NCBI GenBank assembly: GCA_027487795.1
Contig: JAIYCX010000031.1
Coordinates: forward strand, 215,291-279,290
Length of the DNA stretch: 64,000 nucleotides
Source: Pseudomonadota bacterium
GTDB lineage: Bacteria > Bdellovibrionota_C > UBA2361 > SZUA-149 > DAOLCO01
Direction of reading: 5' to 3'
The notes beneath the pieces are model-generated. The model saw only the letters and a list, made by a program, of their open reading frames with translations, was not told where the DNA came from and did not search any database. A program made the position numbers and the translations under genes. Position 1 is the stretch's first letter, and every line of letters begins with the position of its first letter. Positions 49,403-58,978 of this stretch are shown one piece after another.

Positions 49403-50294
49403 TATTTGCTGCCTGAGAATTAGATTCTTTAATATCCTTTACCCATTGTGAATCTGAGTCTAAAACATACATTTTACCATCTGGTCCTCTGGCCATTCCC
49501 TTAAAGGAATCTCGCTTGATTTTAGATGGAGATTTAGCATCGCCTAATAATGATTTTTGATTCATACTTACTGATAAAGTTGGGGACTCATCTCCAACTC
49601 CTCTTAAAGCGAATGTAAGTTTTCCAATAGTAACTGCTGTTCTAATTTTTAAAGCATCTTCTTGAGTAACTAAAAGAGTTACAGTTGGCGGAGCTTCGGT
49701 ATTATTTGGATTACCAGACTGGGTTTCAACAGAAGCCCCAGCAGATAATATTTTTACATTTTCTGCGATAACCTTTGCTTCGATTCCTAAATCTGCATCA
49801 ACAGATTGTCTAAGCACTATAACATCTACAAAATTTCCCGCTTGTGCCCATCCTTCTACTATAGATTCTACATCTACACGAACCGTAATCGCTCTGTAAC
49901 CAGGTGGTATACCTTCAACTACCGCATTAGCATCTGATGAAGATTTTGTTAAAGCTCCTTTAGGAATTGGTGAAAAAGCACTGAATGTTTGGGATGTAAA
50001 AAAATCTCCCTTGTCATTAGCAACATTATAATATTGGCTAATATCTGAAGTACTTGGCCACTCAATCTTAGTAAAAGGTACACTTGAAATTTTTTGTCCC
50101 TTTGCTAAGGGTCTTGTTGGAACATCAACTTGTACACTAACAGGCCGAGCTATTACTTGAGGTTGACTGTTAGTATTAGTTTTAGAAAAAGAATATCCTA
50201 ATAAAAAAGTACCTAATATTAAAATGCCACCAACAACGTAGAGCTTTATTGGATCAGTATTGGAAATCTTAGATATTTTTTTAGGCTTTTTCAT
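49392..50294 (-). CDS. cpaB: Flp pilus assembly protein CpaB/RcpC
   Basis: TM plus SAF-like region, IPPGYRAITVRVD, GNFVDV, ENVKIL, TVTLLV, LTFALR. Confidence 0.92.
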   Translation of the reverse strand: MKKPKKISKISNTDPIKLYVVGGILILGTFLLGYSFSKTNTNSQPQVIARPVSVQVDVPTRPLAKGQKISSVPFTKIEWPSTSDISQYYNVANDKGDFFTSQTFSAFSPIPKGALTKSSSDANAVVEGIPPGYRAITVRVDVESIVEGWAQAGNFVDVIVLRQSVDADLGIEAKVIAENVKILSAGASVETQSGNPNNTEAPPTVTLLVTQEDALKIRTAVTIGKLTFALRGVGDESPTLSVSMNQKSLLGDAKSPSKIKRDSFKGMARGPDGKMYVLDSDSQWVKDIKESNSQAANNAK

Positions 50295-50321
50295 ATTTTC
50301 TTAAATACAGCTTAAGACAGA

Positions 50322-50366
50322 CTAGTAGATCAAAAAATCTACTAGCTTGAATAGTTTTAGACTATT
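50322..50366 (-). terminator. Hairpins after the pilin gene (attenuator or mRNA stabiliser)
   Basis: CTAGTAGAT/ATCTACTAG (50322-50345) and AATAGT/ACTATT between flp and cpaB. Confidence 0.5.
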
Positions 50367-50375
50367 AAAAGTCTA

Positions 50376-50615
50376 CTACGGAGTGCCTCCAGTTGTACCA
50401 CCGGAAGTACCACCTGTTGTCCCACCAGCTGTACCTCCAGAGCCACCAACGTTAGTTGGAGCGGCTGCAAAACCAACATTTGTGAAATAACTAGACATTC
50501 TAGAATAAAAAGTTGTAAGTCCAGTTGCTACAAGTATCACAGCTCCAATAAATAAAATGTGCTCTAGCGACAGCGAACCTCTATCATTTCTCTTCTTTTC
50601 AACTTCCTGTTTCAT
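50376..50615 (-). CDS. flp: Flp-type prepilin with Gly/Thr-rich repeat tail
   Basis: Basic leader KKRNDRG/SLSLEH (G-1, E+5), hydrophobic helix, SD AAGGAG, located inside the tad cluster. Confidence 0.8.
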   Translation of the reverse strand: MKQEVEKKRNDRGSLSLEHILFIGAVILVATGLTTFYSRMSSYFTNVGFAAAPTNVGGSGGTAGGTTGGTSGGTTGGTP

Positions 50616-50632
50616 CTTTCTCTCCTTATGTA

Positions 50633-52018
50633 TTAATTATTAATGATTAATTTTGGTGGTTGATAATCTTCTTCCAGTGATGTGGACTCAATATTTAGAG
50701 TTTTTGTTTTTGTATCACTTTTTTCTTCTGGAATTTTATTTTTAGTTTTATTCTTAAAATAAGGTAGCCTTTCTAATTTTCTAAAAGAGACCTCTTTCTT
50801 AGTTATCATCTCAGACAAACTATTTACTGTATTAATAAAAGGTATTCTCTTTTGAAGCTTAGCCACTTCAAGTCCTAAAAGATCATTTGCTAAGTATTCT
50901 AGTCTAGCTTTAGTTTTCTTATTTCCCTCGGTGTAAAAAGTATTACCTGTTCCTACCCACATACCAGCTCGCGCATCGTATTGAATTTCATTAGGATAAA
51001 GCATTTTGGAATCAAAATTTGGATTCCAAGAAATAAAATCTAGTACGTCGTCATTTGTTAATCCTGCAGGATTCGTTCTATTTACAACTATTTTTGTAAT
51101 ACCTTCTGATATTTGATTGCTCTGATCCATTGCATTAGTTAATAAATGAACTGAGCCAGGGTCATTTGCAGAAACTAAGAATCTAATATCAGCTCGGCAA
51201 TCTATAGCAAAAGGCAAGATACCTTCTGAATGATCAAGGTCAACAATCACCACATCGAATCGATCTTGTAGCAAATCAACCAAAGATAGTGAAATTTCGA
51301 AACTTGAAGGATCTCTTAAAAAAAGATCTCTTACTTCTCCGCCTCCCGTAGGTGGAGGAAGAATAGGAATTGCACTTGCAGTATTTATTAATATTTTATC
51401 TATGTGCTCAGCGTCTGGTAGTGACCTAGAAGTAAGTAAGTCAGCAAACTCTGTAGACTGATAACGATCGGCTAATAAAAACTGACCAACTACTCCGTGC
51501 TGCGATAAATCTACTACTACAACATTTTTTTCAATAGACTGTAATGCATGAGCTAACCCACAACTAATAGTAGTGGCACCAACTCCGCCTTTTACACCCT
51601 TTACGGTAATTAAAGTTCCTTTTGTTCTTTCTTTATGTTCTTGCTCTGCGCTTGTAATAGAATATACATATCTTGATGCAGGATCTTCAATCGAAAAAAT
51701 TTCACTTACATAAGTTTCAAAACGTTTTAGATTTTTAACATTAAAATTTGAAGGAGTTAAAAATACAAAAATTGGAACTTTTGCGTGAACAGAGCGAACT
51801 TCCCTAACAAAGATTAACGATTCTTCTAACTCAAACTCCGATCCGACGACGATGGCGTCAGGAGTAGAATTAATTAAGACCTCCTCCTTAGAGGCTGGAA
51901 AAAATCTAGCAACTAAAAGATGCCCAATAGATCTACGACAAGACCTAAAGCCCTCTTCTAAAAGTTGCTCCAATTTAATTCTATCTGAAGCAGTCTTATC
52001 TACGCAAGCTACTCTCAT
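50633..52018 (-). CDS. cpaE: CpaE/TadZ pilus localisation protein (atypical REC plus MinD-like domain)
   Basis: KGVKGGVGATT deviant Walker A, VVVVDL, FDVVIVDL, IVVNR. Confidence 0.85.
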   Translation of the reverse strand: MRVACVDKTASDRIKLEQLLEEGFRSCRRSIGHLLVARFFPASKEEVLINSTPDAIVVGSEFELEESLIFVREVRSVHAKVPIFVFLTPSNFNVKNLKRFETYVSEIFSIEDPASRYVYSITSAEQEHKERTKGTLITVKGVKGGVGATTISCGLAHALQSIEKNVVVVDLSQHGVVGQFLLADRYQSTEFADLLTSRSLPDAEHIDKILINTASAIPILPPPTGGGEVRDLFLRDPSSFEISLSLVDLLQDRFDVVIVDLDHSEGILPFAIDCRADIRFLVSANDPGSVHLLTNAMDQSNQISEGITKIVVNRTNPAGLTNDDVLDFISWNPNFDSKMLYPNEIQYDARAGMWVGTGNTFYTEGNKKTKARLEYLANDLLGLEVAKLQKRIPFINTVNSLSEMITKKEVSFRKLERLPYFKNKTKNKIPEEKSDTKTKTLNIESTSLEEDYQPPKLIINN

Positions 52019-52223
52019 GTAGTTTAGACCTTATAAATTAAGATAATTAAACAAACCAAATAAGTAGTATAATTTTTAATACTTCCTTGGACCCTTCAGG
52101 TTATCGCATTTAATTTAAATAAGTTTCCAGTTATTGTAATAAAAAATGTTCGAAACTGGACATTTTTGAATTTTACGCGAAATATTTCAACTATATAAAT
52201 AGGTTATCTATTTAATAAAGAAA

Positions 52224-53117
52224 CTAAAAATCTGAAGTTTTTGAGTTTTTATACTCCCTTATTACCTTTCTTAGTCCAAGTATCGAAGACTTTAACTCAC
52301 CATCCTCAAGTCGAATCTGACTTTTATACAATCGATCCTCTAAAAGACTTAGACTTTTAACACTCCCATTTGGTATTTGATCCAGAAATTCATCAAGTGA
52401 CTTAAAATATCTTGCATAAGAAATTGCATTTCTTGTTTTCCAAGGTCCAAAAATTCTAGAAGCTTCGTGTATGGTATCTAGGCGAATAGCTGGATCATAA
52501 TAAAGCTCCGAACTAAAATAAGCTGATAGCCAACCTAAATAATGAAAAACGGTCATGTCGGATTCACCGATAAGTGATATTCGACTTGGTGGCATAGGAG
52601 CTGTTAAAGTCTTTTGCAAAGCAGGGAACTCAAAATACATAAACTTAGAATCAAAACTAAAGTAAATTGAGCGCTCTGGGCCTAATAACTTTTTATAATT
52701 CTTAAGTGACTCCGTTATAGGAAGATCAATATTTAAATTATCTCTTGAGCCCGAAATTATAATAGATGGTCGTTTATTAGATAAAAACCACTTTTTTTTA
52801 TCTGCTTCTTTTATACTATAAGGAATTAGTGAACTTCCAGGTAAGTGATAAGTTTTACCAACTAACTTAAGTCCCGCACTTAATTTTCTTGCCGCTAGTC
52901 CATCAGTATCAGAATCCAACTTGGTAATTAATATCCTACCTGAATACATGCCTAATTCTCTCATAAAAAAGAATCTTCCCTGTAATAAAAACCAAATTAA
53001 AAAGAGATAAAAAAAACTATTAATGCGAAAGTTACAACCTAAGAATCTCTGAATAAGATATATTAAAATTAATATTGGTAGAAAAAAGATCTGCTGCAAT
53101 CCTTCAATAGATGTCAC
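52224..53117 (-). CDS. Hypothetical membrane protein
   Basis: Two N-terminal hydrophobic segments; frame stays open about 110 nt further upstream. Confidence 0.6.
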   Translation of the reverse strand: MTSIEGLQQIFFLPILILIYLIQRFLGCNFRINSFFYLFLIWFLLQGRFFFMRELGMYSGRILITKLDSDTDGLAARKLSAGLKLVGKTYHLPGSSLIPYSIKEADKKKWFLSNKRPSIIISGSRDNLNIDLPITESLKNYKKLLGPERSIYFSFDSKFMYFEFPALQKTLTAPMPPSRISLIGESDMTVFHYLGWLSAYFSSELYYDPAIRLDTIHEASRIFGPWKTRNAISYARYFKSLDEFLDQIPNGSVKSLSLLEDRLYKSQIRLEDGELKSSILGLRKVIREYKNSKTSDF

Positions 53118-53243
53118 TGATATTGAACAAACATACTTACATATGAATATAAGTAAAATCAGTAAAGAAAAGTAGAATATCTTATTCTTATTAACGATTT
53201 GATATGTAGTAACGATGACTATACCTCTGAATTAATAGGTTAC

Positions 53244-53283
53244 TTTTACTATGAATTCCAGTTTTAGGAAATTCATAGTAAAA
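53244..53283. repeat. Perfect 14-bp inverted repeat between divergent genes
   Basis: TTTTACTATGAATT-N12-AATTCATAGTAAAA. Confidence 0.8.
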
Positions 53284-53332
53284 AAGCTATAAAAATAGCA
53301 AAAAAGCTCTAAATCATTTAATTACAAATAAT

Positions 53333-54043
53333 ATGACTCCCGAAGATTTATCAGAAGCCTTTCATAAAGTTTTTCATGACATAGGAAATCCTATTACTTC
53401 AATAATATCCTACTCTAACTTAATAGAACAAGCACCAACTCTTGGAATACCACTAGAGAAGGCATCAAATTATTCTTCTTCTATTACTAAAGAAGCTTGG
53501 AAAGTTAATAGACTCTTAGAACTATTCTTACTCCTTGTATCAAAAAAAAATAATACCTCATTAGTTAGTCTAGAAAGCTGTAAAAAAAATGTTATTGCTA
53601 GATACGCTAATAGGTACGGACTTGGCGAATTAGATATTAACTTTATTAATTTCGATCAAGAAATCTCCTTCATAGGTGAAAGTGATCAAGTTACTGTTAT
53701 TTTTTGTGAAATTTTAAGTAATGCGCTCGGGGCAATTTCACAAATGGAGAATAAAGAAGATTTTCTAACTATTGATATCGAACATGAAACTATCTTAGAT
53801 AATAACTCTGAAAAATTTCTAAAAATAAACTTCAAAAATAAAAGCAAAAAACATAATAGTAACTTAGATGACTTAAAAAAAATTGGAGTTTGTGAGTTTT
53901 CGAGATTTAATAAACCAGCCGGAATTGGACTTTTTGCAATTTCTAACACTTTAGAAAAATGGGGGGGGAGACTTGAGATTAAAGAGGAGCTCGTTAACAA
54001 CCAAGAATATTATTTTATTACTTCACTATATTTAGCACAATAA
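53333..54043 (+). CDS. Sensor-less histidine kinase-like protein (HisKA plus degenerate HATPase)
   Basis: H-box FHDIGNPI, N-box EILSNA, G2 GIGL; DxGxG box absent (NKSK). Confidence 0.75.
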   Translation: MTPEDLSEAFHKVFHDIGNPITSIISYSNLIEQAPTLGIPLEKASNYSSSITKEAWKVNRLLELFLLLVSKKNNTSLVSLESCKKNVIARYANRYGLGELDINFINFDQEISFIGESDQVTVIFCEILSNALGAISQMENKEDFLTIDIEHETILDNNSEKFLKINFKNKSKKHNSNLDDLKKIGVCEFSRFNKPAGIGLFAISNTLEKWGGRLEIKEELVNNQEYYFITSLYLAQ

Positions 54044-54559
54044 ATGGCCATTTTACCAATAATTAAATATCCTAAAGAGATACTAAGAAAAACTGCAGAG
54101 CCTATTTCTGAAATCTCAGAAGAAATAGTTACACTAGCTACAAACATGGCTGAAACTATGTACGACGCTCCCGGGATAGGATTAGCTGCGCCTCAAGTTG
54201 GAGTTTCAAAAAGACTTTTCGTAATTGATTTAGGAAAAGATGAAAACGAAGAAAAAAAATCTGAACTTCTAACTTTCATTAACCCACAGATAATTGAATC
54301 TCGCGGAAAGATGAAATACGAAGAAGGATGTCTTAGTATACCAGAAATAAGAGAATACGTAGAAAGACCTTCATGGGTAAAAGTTAAAGCATTATCAATA
54401 AGCGGTCAAGAATTTGAACTTGAAGCTGAAGGCTTATTAGCAATATGCATACAGCATGAACTTGATCATCTTAACGGAGTTCTCTTTATTGATTACTTAA
54501 AAGGGTTAAAGAAAAAACTTATCGCTAAGAAACTTATGGCTTTTGAAAATATTAAGTAA
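54044..54559 (+). CDS. def: Peptide deformylase
   Basis: GIGLAAPQVG, EGCLSIP, QHELDHLNG. Confidence 0.98.
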   Translation: MAILPIIKYPKEILRKTAEPISEISEEIVTLATNMAETMYDAPGIGLAAPQVGVSKRLFVIDLGKDENEEKKSELLTFINPQIIESRGKMKYEEGCLSIPEIREYVERPSWVKVKALSISGQEFELEAEGLLAICIQHELDHLNGVLFIDYLKGLKKKLIAKKLMAFENIK

Positions 54560-54574
54560 CTTTATTAAATAGCT

Positions 54575-55573
54575 ATGAATAATAAAGCTAGTGTTTATTT
54601 TTTTGGAAGTCCCGAATTTAGTGTCCCTACTCTTTGTGAATTATTTTCATGTGAAAGAATAGAAGTTAAAGCAGTAATTACACAGCCCGAAAAAATAAGA
54701 AGCAGAGGACACAATAAAGTACTTACTTCCGTAGGTATTAAAGCAGAAGAACTCTTGATACCTTTATTTAGTCCTATTTCTTTAAAAAACTTAATGGATC
54801 AGACGAATGAACAAGATGAAGAAGCATTCAGATTTAAAAATTTTCTCTCAAACAACAAGCCCGACTTTTGTGTTCTAGTAGCATACGGGAAACTCATTCC
54901 TGAAGAGTTACTTAAACTTCCTAAATTAGCATTTTTAAATATTCATCCATCTAAACTTCCTCGCTGGAGAGGTGCCGCCCCAATACAACATACTCTCATG
55001 AACGGAGAAAAAGATACCGAAGTTTGTATAATTGAACTAATAAAAGAACTTGATGCAGGTCCAATATATAAAAAAGAATCTGTTGAAATATCTGATCAAG
55101 AAAATTATGGCGACTTATCTGAAAGACTAGGAGCTATTGGAGCAAGGCTCGTAACAGACACCATACTAGAAATTTTAGATAATGATCTCAAACCAACACC
55201 GCAAGAAGATTTGGAAACAACTTATGCTTCCAAAATAAAAAAAGAAGATACAATAATAAATTGGAATTGGTCGGCTAATAAAATCACAAATCTTGTGCGA
55301 GCTTTATCTCCTCAACCCGTGGCAAGAACAACCTTTAAGAATAAAAGTTGTAAAATTTTATCCTGTACTGAAATAAACTCAGCAGATATTACAACTGATA
55401 TTATCGAGATTGGGAAGCTATATAAAGATAAAATAAATAAGAACTTATTTGTTGGATGTGGTAATAAAGAGTTAATTTCTATAAACGAATTGCAAATTGA
55501 AGGTAAAAATCCTGTTAAAGCAGCTGAATTTTTAAACGGACTTCAAGATATGACAAAGGCTTATTTCACTTAA
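54575..55573 (+). CDS. fmt: Methionyl-tRNA formyltransferase
   Basis: FFGSPEF, VAYG, NIHPSKLPRWRGAAPIQ, LDAGP. Confidence 0.96.
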   Translation: MNNKASVYFFGSPEFSVPTLCELFSCERIEVKAVITQPEKIRSRGHNKVLTSVGIKAEELLIPLFSPISLKNLMDQTNEQDEEAFRFKNFLSNNKPDFCVLVAYGKLIPEELLKLPKLAFLNIHPSKLPRWRGAAPIQHTLMNGEKDTEVCIIELIKELDAGPIYKKESVEISDQENYGDLSERLGAIGARLVTDTILEILDNDLKPTPQEDLETTYASKIKKEDTIINWNWSANKITNLVRALSPQPVARTTFKNKSCKILSCTEINSADITTDIIEIGKLYKDKINKNLFVGCGNKELISINELQIEGKNPVKAAEFLNGLQDMTKAYFT

Positions 55574-56172
55574 TGGAAATTTTACCTAAAATTCTATATG
55601 CACTTTTAGCTTTTCTAGTAGGATCAATACCTTTTGGCCTAATCATATCGAAAAAATATGGCATAAATATAAAAGAAGTAGGCAGTAAAAATGTCGGTGC
55701 TACTAACGTCATGAGAAGTGTCGGAAAGATTCCAGGTATAATGACATTCTTACTTGATTTTCTAAAAGGCGGAATAGTTGTACTTATTTCAAAATACTTC
55801 GGAGCAAGTATAGAAGAGCAAGCATTTTTTGGATTCATGACAATACTCGGTCACTGCTTCAGTCCTTTTTTGGGTTGGAAAGGAGGAAAAGGAGTTAGCA
55901 CTGGGTTTTCAGTTTTTCTTTTTATATGCCCGACACAAGCACTCTACTCGCTACTTGTATTCATAATCATCTTTGCTTTTTCGGGAATAATATCTTTATC
56001 TTCTCTAACAGCAGTATTTTTTCTTCACCTATTATCATTAGATAATAACTTACTATATCAAATTAAACTTTATACTTTTTTAACTTTGATTCTAATAACT
56101 CTTAGACACAGAGAAAACATAGTAAGATTAATAAATGGGAAAGAATTTAGATTTAAGAAAATAGGATTCTAA
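55573..56172 (+). CDS. plsY: Glycerol-3-phosphate acyltransferase
   Basis: GSIPFG, GSKNVGATN, DFLKG, GHCF, GGKGVST, RHRENI. Confidence 0.96.
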   Translation: MEILPKILYALLAFLVGSIPFGLIISKKYGINIKEVGSKNVGATNVMRSVGKIPGIMTFLLDFLKGGIVVLISKYFGASIEEQAFFGFMTILGHCFSPFLGWKGGKGVSTGFSVFLFICPTQALYSLLVFIIIFAFSGIISLSSLTAVFFLHLLSLDNNLLYQIKLYTFLTLILITLRHRENIVRLINGKEFRFKKIGF

Positions 56173-56183
56173 ATTAGAAATCG

Positions 56184-57404
56184 TTACTTCCTTACCCCTG
56201 ACCACTTATCAAATCTATAATACACTAACGCTACTCCAGGTATCGCTGTTAAACTACAAAAAATAAAAAAATCTACCCAGCCAAAAATTCCGACTAAATA
56301 ACCTGTTGGTGCTCCAGCAAAAACTCTTGATACGGCAGCGAAACTAGATAAAAGAGCAAAAGAAGTAGCAGCAAAACCTGGATTACAACAAGCCATCAAA
56401 AATGCAATAAATGGCGTAGTCGCTAGTCCTGCGCAAAAATTCTCAAATCCTACTGCAAATGCCATTACTAAAGAATTATTACCTGTATAAGCAAGTAAAG
56501 AAAAACTAAGAGTAGAAAATCCTTGTATTATACCAAAGTATATCAAACACTTCTTAAGGCCTAGTTTAGGATATAGCAGTCCTCCACAAATACTACCAAG
56601 TATAGATGCTACTAAGCCAACTCCCTTAGTAACAGCCCCTATTTCAGTTTTACTAAATCCAATCTCCATCATAAATGGAGTAGTGAGCGCTACTGCCATT
56701 ACAATATCAACTTTGTAAATAAGTATAAAAAACAAAACTTCTAATGATTCAACTCTTGAAAAAAAATCTTTAAAGGGAATAATTATTGCCTGATTTAAAC
56801 TTTTAGGGGCGACAGTTACTAACTCTTCTTTAGAAAAAAAAGTAAAAAAAGAGCATGCCAGTAAGCATAAAGACATCAATAAAAATACAAATGGCCAAGC
56901 AATTAAATCCGCTAAAACTAGGGCAACTGCCCCAGATACGATCATCGCAAGTCTGTATCCCAAATTTGATAGCGAAGCTCCCATGCCTCTTTCATCAGGA
57001 GTTAAAACCTCTGTTCGATAAGCATCAATAACGATATCTTGAGTAGCGCTTAGGAATGCTATAACTAAAGCAACTAGCAAAATAAAAAAAGTGTCATCAC
57101 TAGGAGATAAAAAACCAAATATCGCTATCGCTAGAAATAGTAGAATTTGAGATACAAATATCCATCCCCTTCTTTTAGTTAAAAAAGGGAAATGATAGAC
57201 ATCAAAGATAGGCGCCCAAAGAAATTTTAAAGTATAGGGAAGTCCGACTAAAGATAATAGACCAATGGTCTTTAGGTCTATTCCTCCGTCTTTTAGCCAA
57301 GCTTGAAAAGTACCGCCGGTTAAAGCTAATGGAAGGCCTGACGAAAAGCCAAGCCCTCCAAGTAATAATAGTTTCCTATTAAATATCGATTTATTTTTTA
57401 TCAA
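56184..57404 (-). CDS. ampG: Muropeptide permease
   Basis: GFSSGLP, KFLWAP, RRGW, SATQDIVIDAYR, GYRLA. Confidence 0.94.
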   Translation of the reverse strand: MIKNKSIFNRKLLLLGGLGFSSGLPLALTGGTFQAWLKDGGIDLKTIGLLSLVGLPYTLKFLWAPIFDVYHFPFLTKRRGWIFVSQILLFLAIAIFGFLSPSDDTFFILLVALVIAFLSATQDIVIDAYRTEVLTPDERGMGASLSNLGYRLAMIVSGAVALVLADLIAWPFVFLLMSLCLLACSFFTFFSKEELVTVAPKSLNQAIIIPFKDFFSRVESLEVLFFILIYKVDIVMAVALTTPFMMEIGFSKTEIGAVTKGVGLVASILGSICGGLLYPKLGLKKCLIYFGIIQGFSTLSFSLLAYTGNNSLVMAFAVGFENFCAGLATTPFIAFLMACCNPGFAATSFALLSSFAAVSRVFAGAPTGYLVGIFGWVDFFIFCSLTAIPGVALVYYRFDKWSGVRK

Positions 57405-57426
57405 GAAGCTAACAGAAATCTAACAT

Positions 57427-58890
57427 CTAGAATCTCTTCCAAATGTACTGATTAGTTACCTCATGGTGAAACAATACTTCCTCAGTTTTAACCATAGTTC
57501 CTAAATCCTTAGGACATCTGTTTGCTGATTGCTCTTTTAGCTCACAATATTTTTCTGCATTTTCCTTACCTAATAGTTCTTTCATTAATGAACTAGCATT
57601 AAAATGCTCCATTGCAGTGTAGATATTATCAGGAAGAATATTGTTACCAATTTTTCTATTACTCTTACTAAACTCTGGCTTTGTTGGCCCTTCTAAACCA
57701 GTCTTAAAAAGAGCATATAAACATAAGTAAGGGTTTGAATCTGGAGCAACTGTTCTTACTTCTACTCTTGATGACTTAGCATTACCTAGAGGTATTCTAA
57801 CCATTGCCGTTCTATTTACAGCAGATGCCATAATCTGATTTGGTGCTTCGTAATGTGGATCTAATCTTCTATATGCATTAACGCTAGGGTTAATAACAAG
57901 ACACATATCTAATGCATTAGATAATAAACGATCAACAAAATCCCAAGCCATTGGTGATAAGTTATCTTCTCCTTCCTTGTCATAGAATAAGTTCTGACCT
58001 TGCTTGCATACAGAGATATTTGTATGCATTCCGCTACCATTGATATTAGTCATTGGCTTTGGAAGGAAAGACGCGGTCATTCCCATGTCCGCAGCAATTT
58101 GTCTTGCAAGCAACTTATAGATTTGAATCTGATCAGCGGCGATTAAAACATCACAATAATTATAATTTAGCTCAAACTGAGAAGGAGCAACTTCTGGGTG
58201 ATCCTTCTCATTTTCAAATCCCATTGCTCTTTGAGCTTCAGCAAACTTATCAATAAATACCTTAAGAGGATCCTTCGGCAACGAATGATAGTAACCTCCA
58301 TTAGAAACAAACTTAAATCCTTCTTGAGCATTAAAGCTTTGTTCAGCATTTTTACCTTCAAATAAAAAGCCTTCTATTTCTACTGCAGCAAATAATTCTG
58401 TTTTATCTTTCTTCCAAAGATCATTAGAATATTTTTTTAGAAGACCTCTGATATCAGATTTGTATAAACTTCCGTCTCTATCGTTAATTTGTCCAAAAAC
58501 GATAACTTTTCCTGGTCCAAAAATATCTGATGGTAGCCATCTGAAAGAACCCCAATCTATTTCTAATCTAAGATCAGACTCTCTAACAGCAGTTAAACCT
58601 CTAATAGAAGAACCATCAAAAGTTAAATTATCATATGACTTTAGTAAAAACTTTTTATCATAATCTAGCATATGGAAGCGACCTTCTAAATCAGAGAAGG
58701 CTACTGTTACCGCTTTTAAAGCTTTTTCTTGCTCAAGATACTTTAGATAAAATTCTCTAAGCTCTCCTTCGTCAACTCGTTGAGTGACTTTCGCCTTAGC
58801 TTTTAAATTTAACTCTTCGAGTTCATCATAAGATATTTCTAGGAAGTTTTTTATTTGTATAGACATATGTTTACTTAATTTTTCTGTCAT
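57427..58890 (-). CDS. glnA: Glutamine synthetase (type I-like, N-terminal extension)
   Basis: FDGSSIRG, HPEVAPSQFE, FLPKP, NGSGMHTN, NAYRRL...EAP, NRTAMVRIP, RVEVR...NPYL. Confidence 0.85.
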   Translation of the reverse strand: MTEKLSKHMSIQIKNFLEISYDELEELNLKAKAKVTQRVDEGELREFYLKYLEQEKALKAVTVAFSDLEGRFHMLDYDKKFLLKSYDNLTFDGSSIRGLTAVRESDLRLEIDWGSFRWLPSDIFGPGKVIVFGQINDRDGSLYKSDIRGLLKKYSNDLWKKDKTELFAAVEIEGFLFEGKNAEQSFNAQEGFKFVSNGGYYHSLPKDPLKVFIDKFAEAQRAMGFENEKDHPEVAPSQFELNYNYCDVLIAADQIQIYKLLARQIAADMGMTASFLPKPMTNINGSGMHTNISVCKQGQNLFYDKEGEDNLSPMAWDFVDRLLSNALDMCLVINPSVNAYRRLDPHYEAPNQIMASAVNRTAMVRIPLGNAKSSRVEVRTVAPDSNPYLCLYALFKTGLEGPTKPEFSKSNRKIGNNILPDNIYTAMEHFNASSLMKELLGKENAEKYCELKEQSANRCPKDLGTMVKTEEVLFHHEVTNQYIWKRF

Positions 58891-58978
58891 TTAAATGAAT
58901 AATCAAAATAAATAATAGCTTCTTAATTAAAGTTTTAAAATAAGAAGAATCATTAATGATATAAATGGTTAATGAAAA

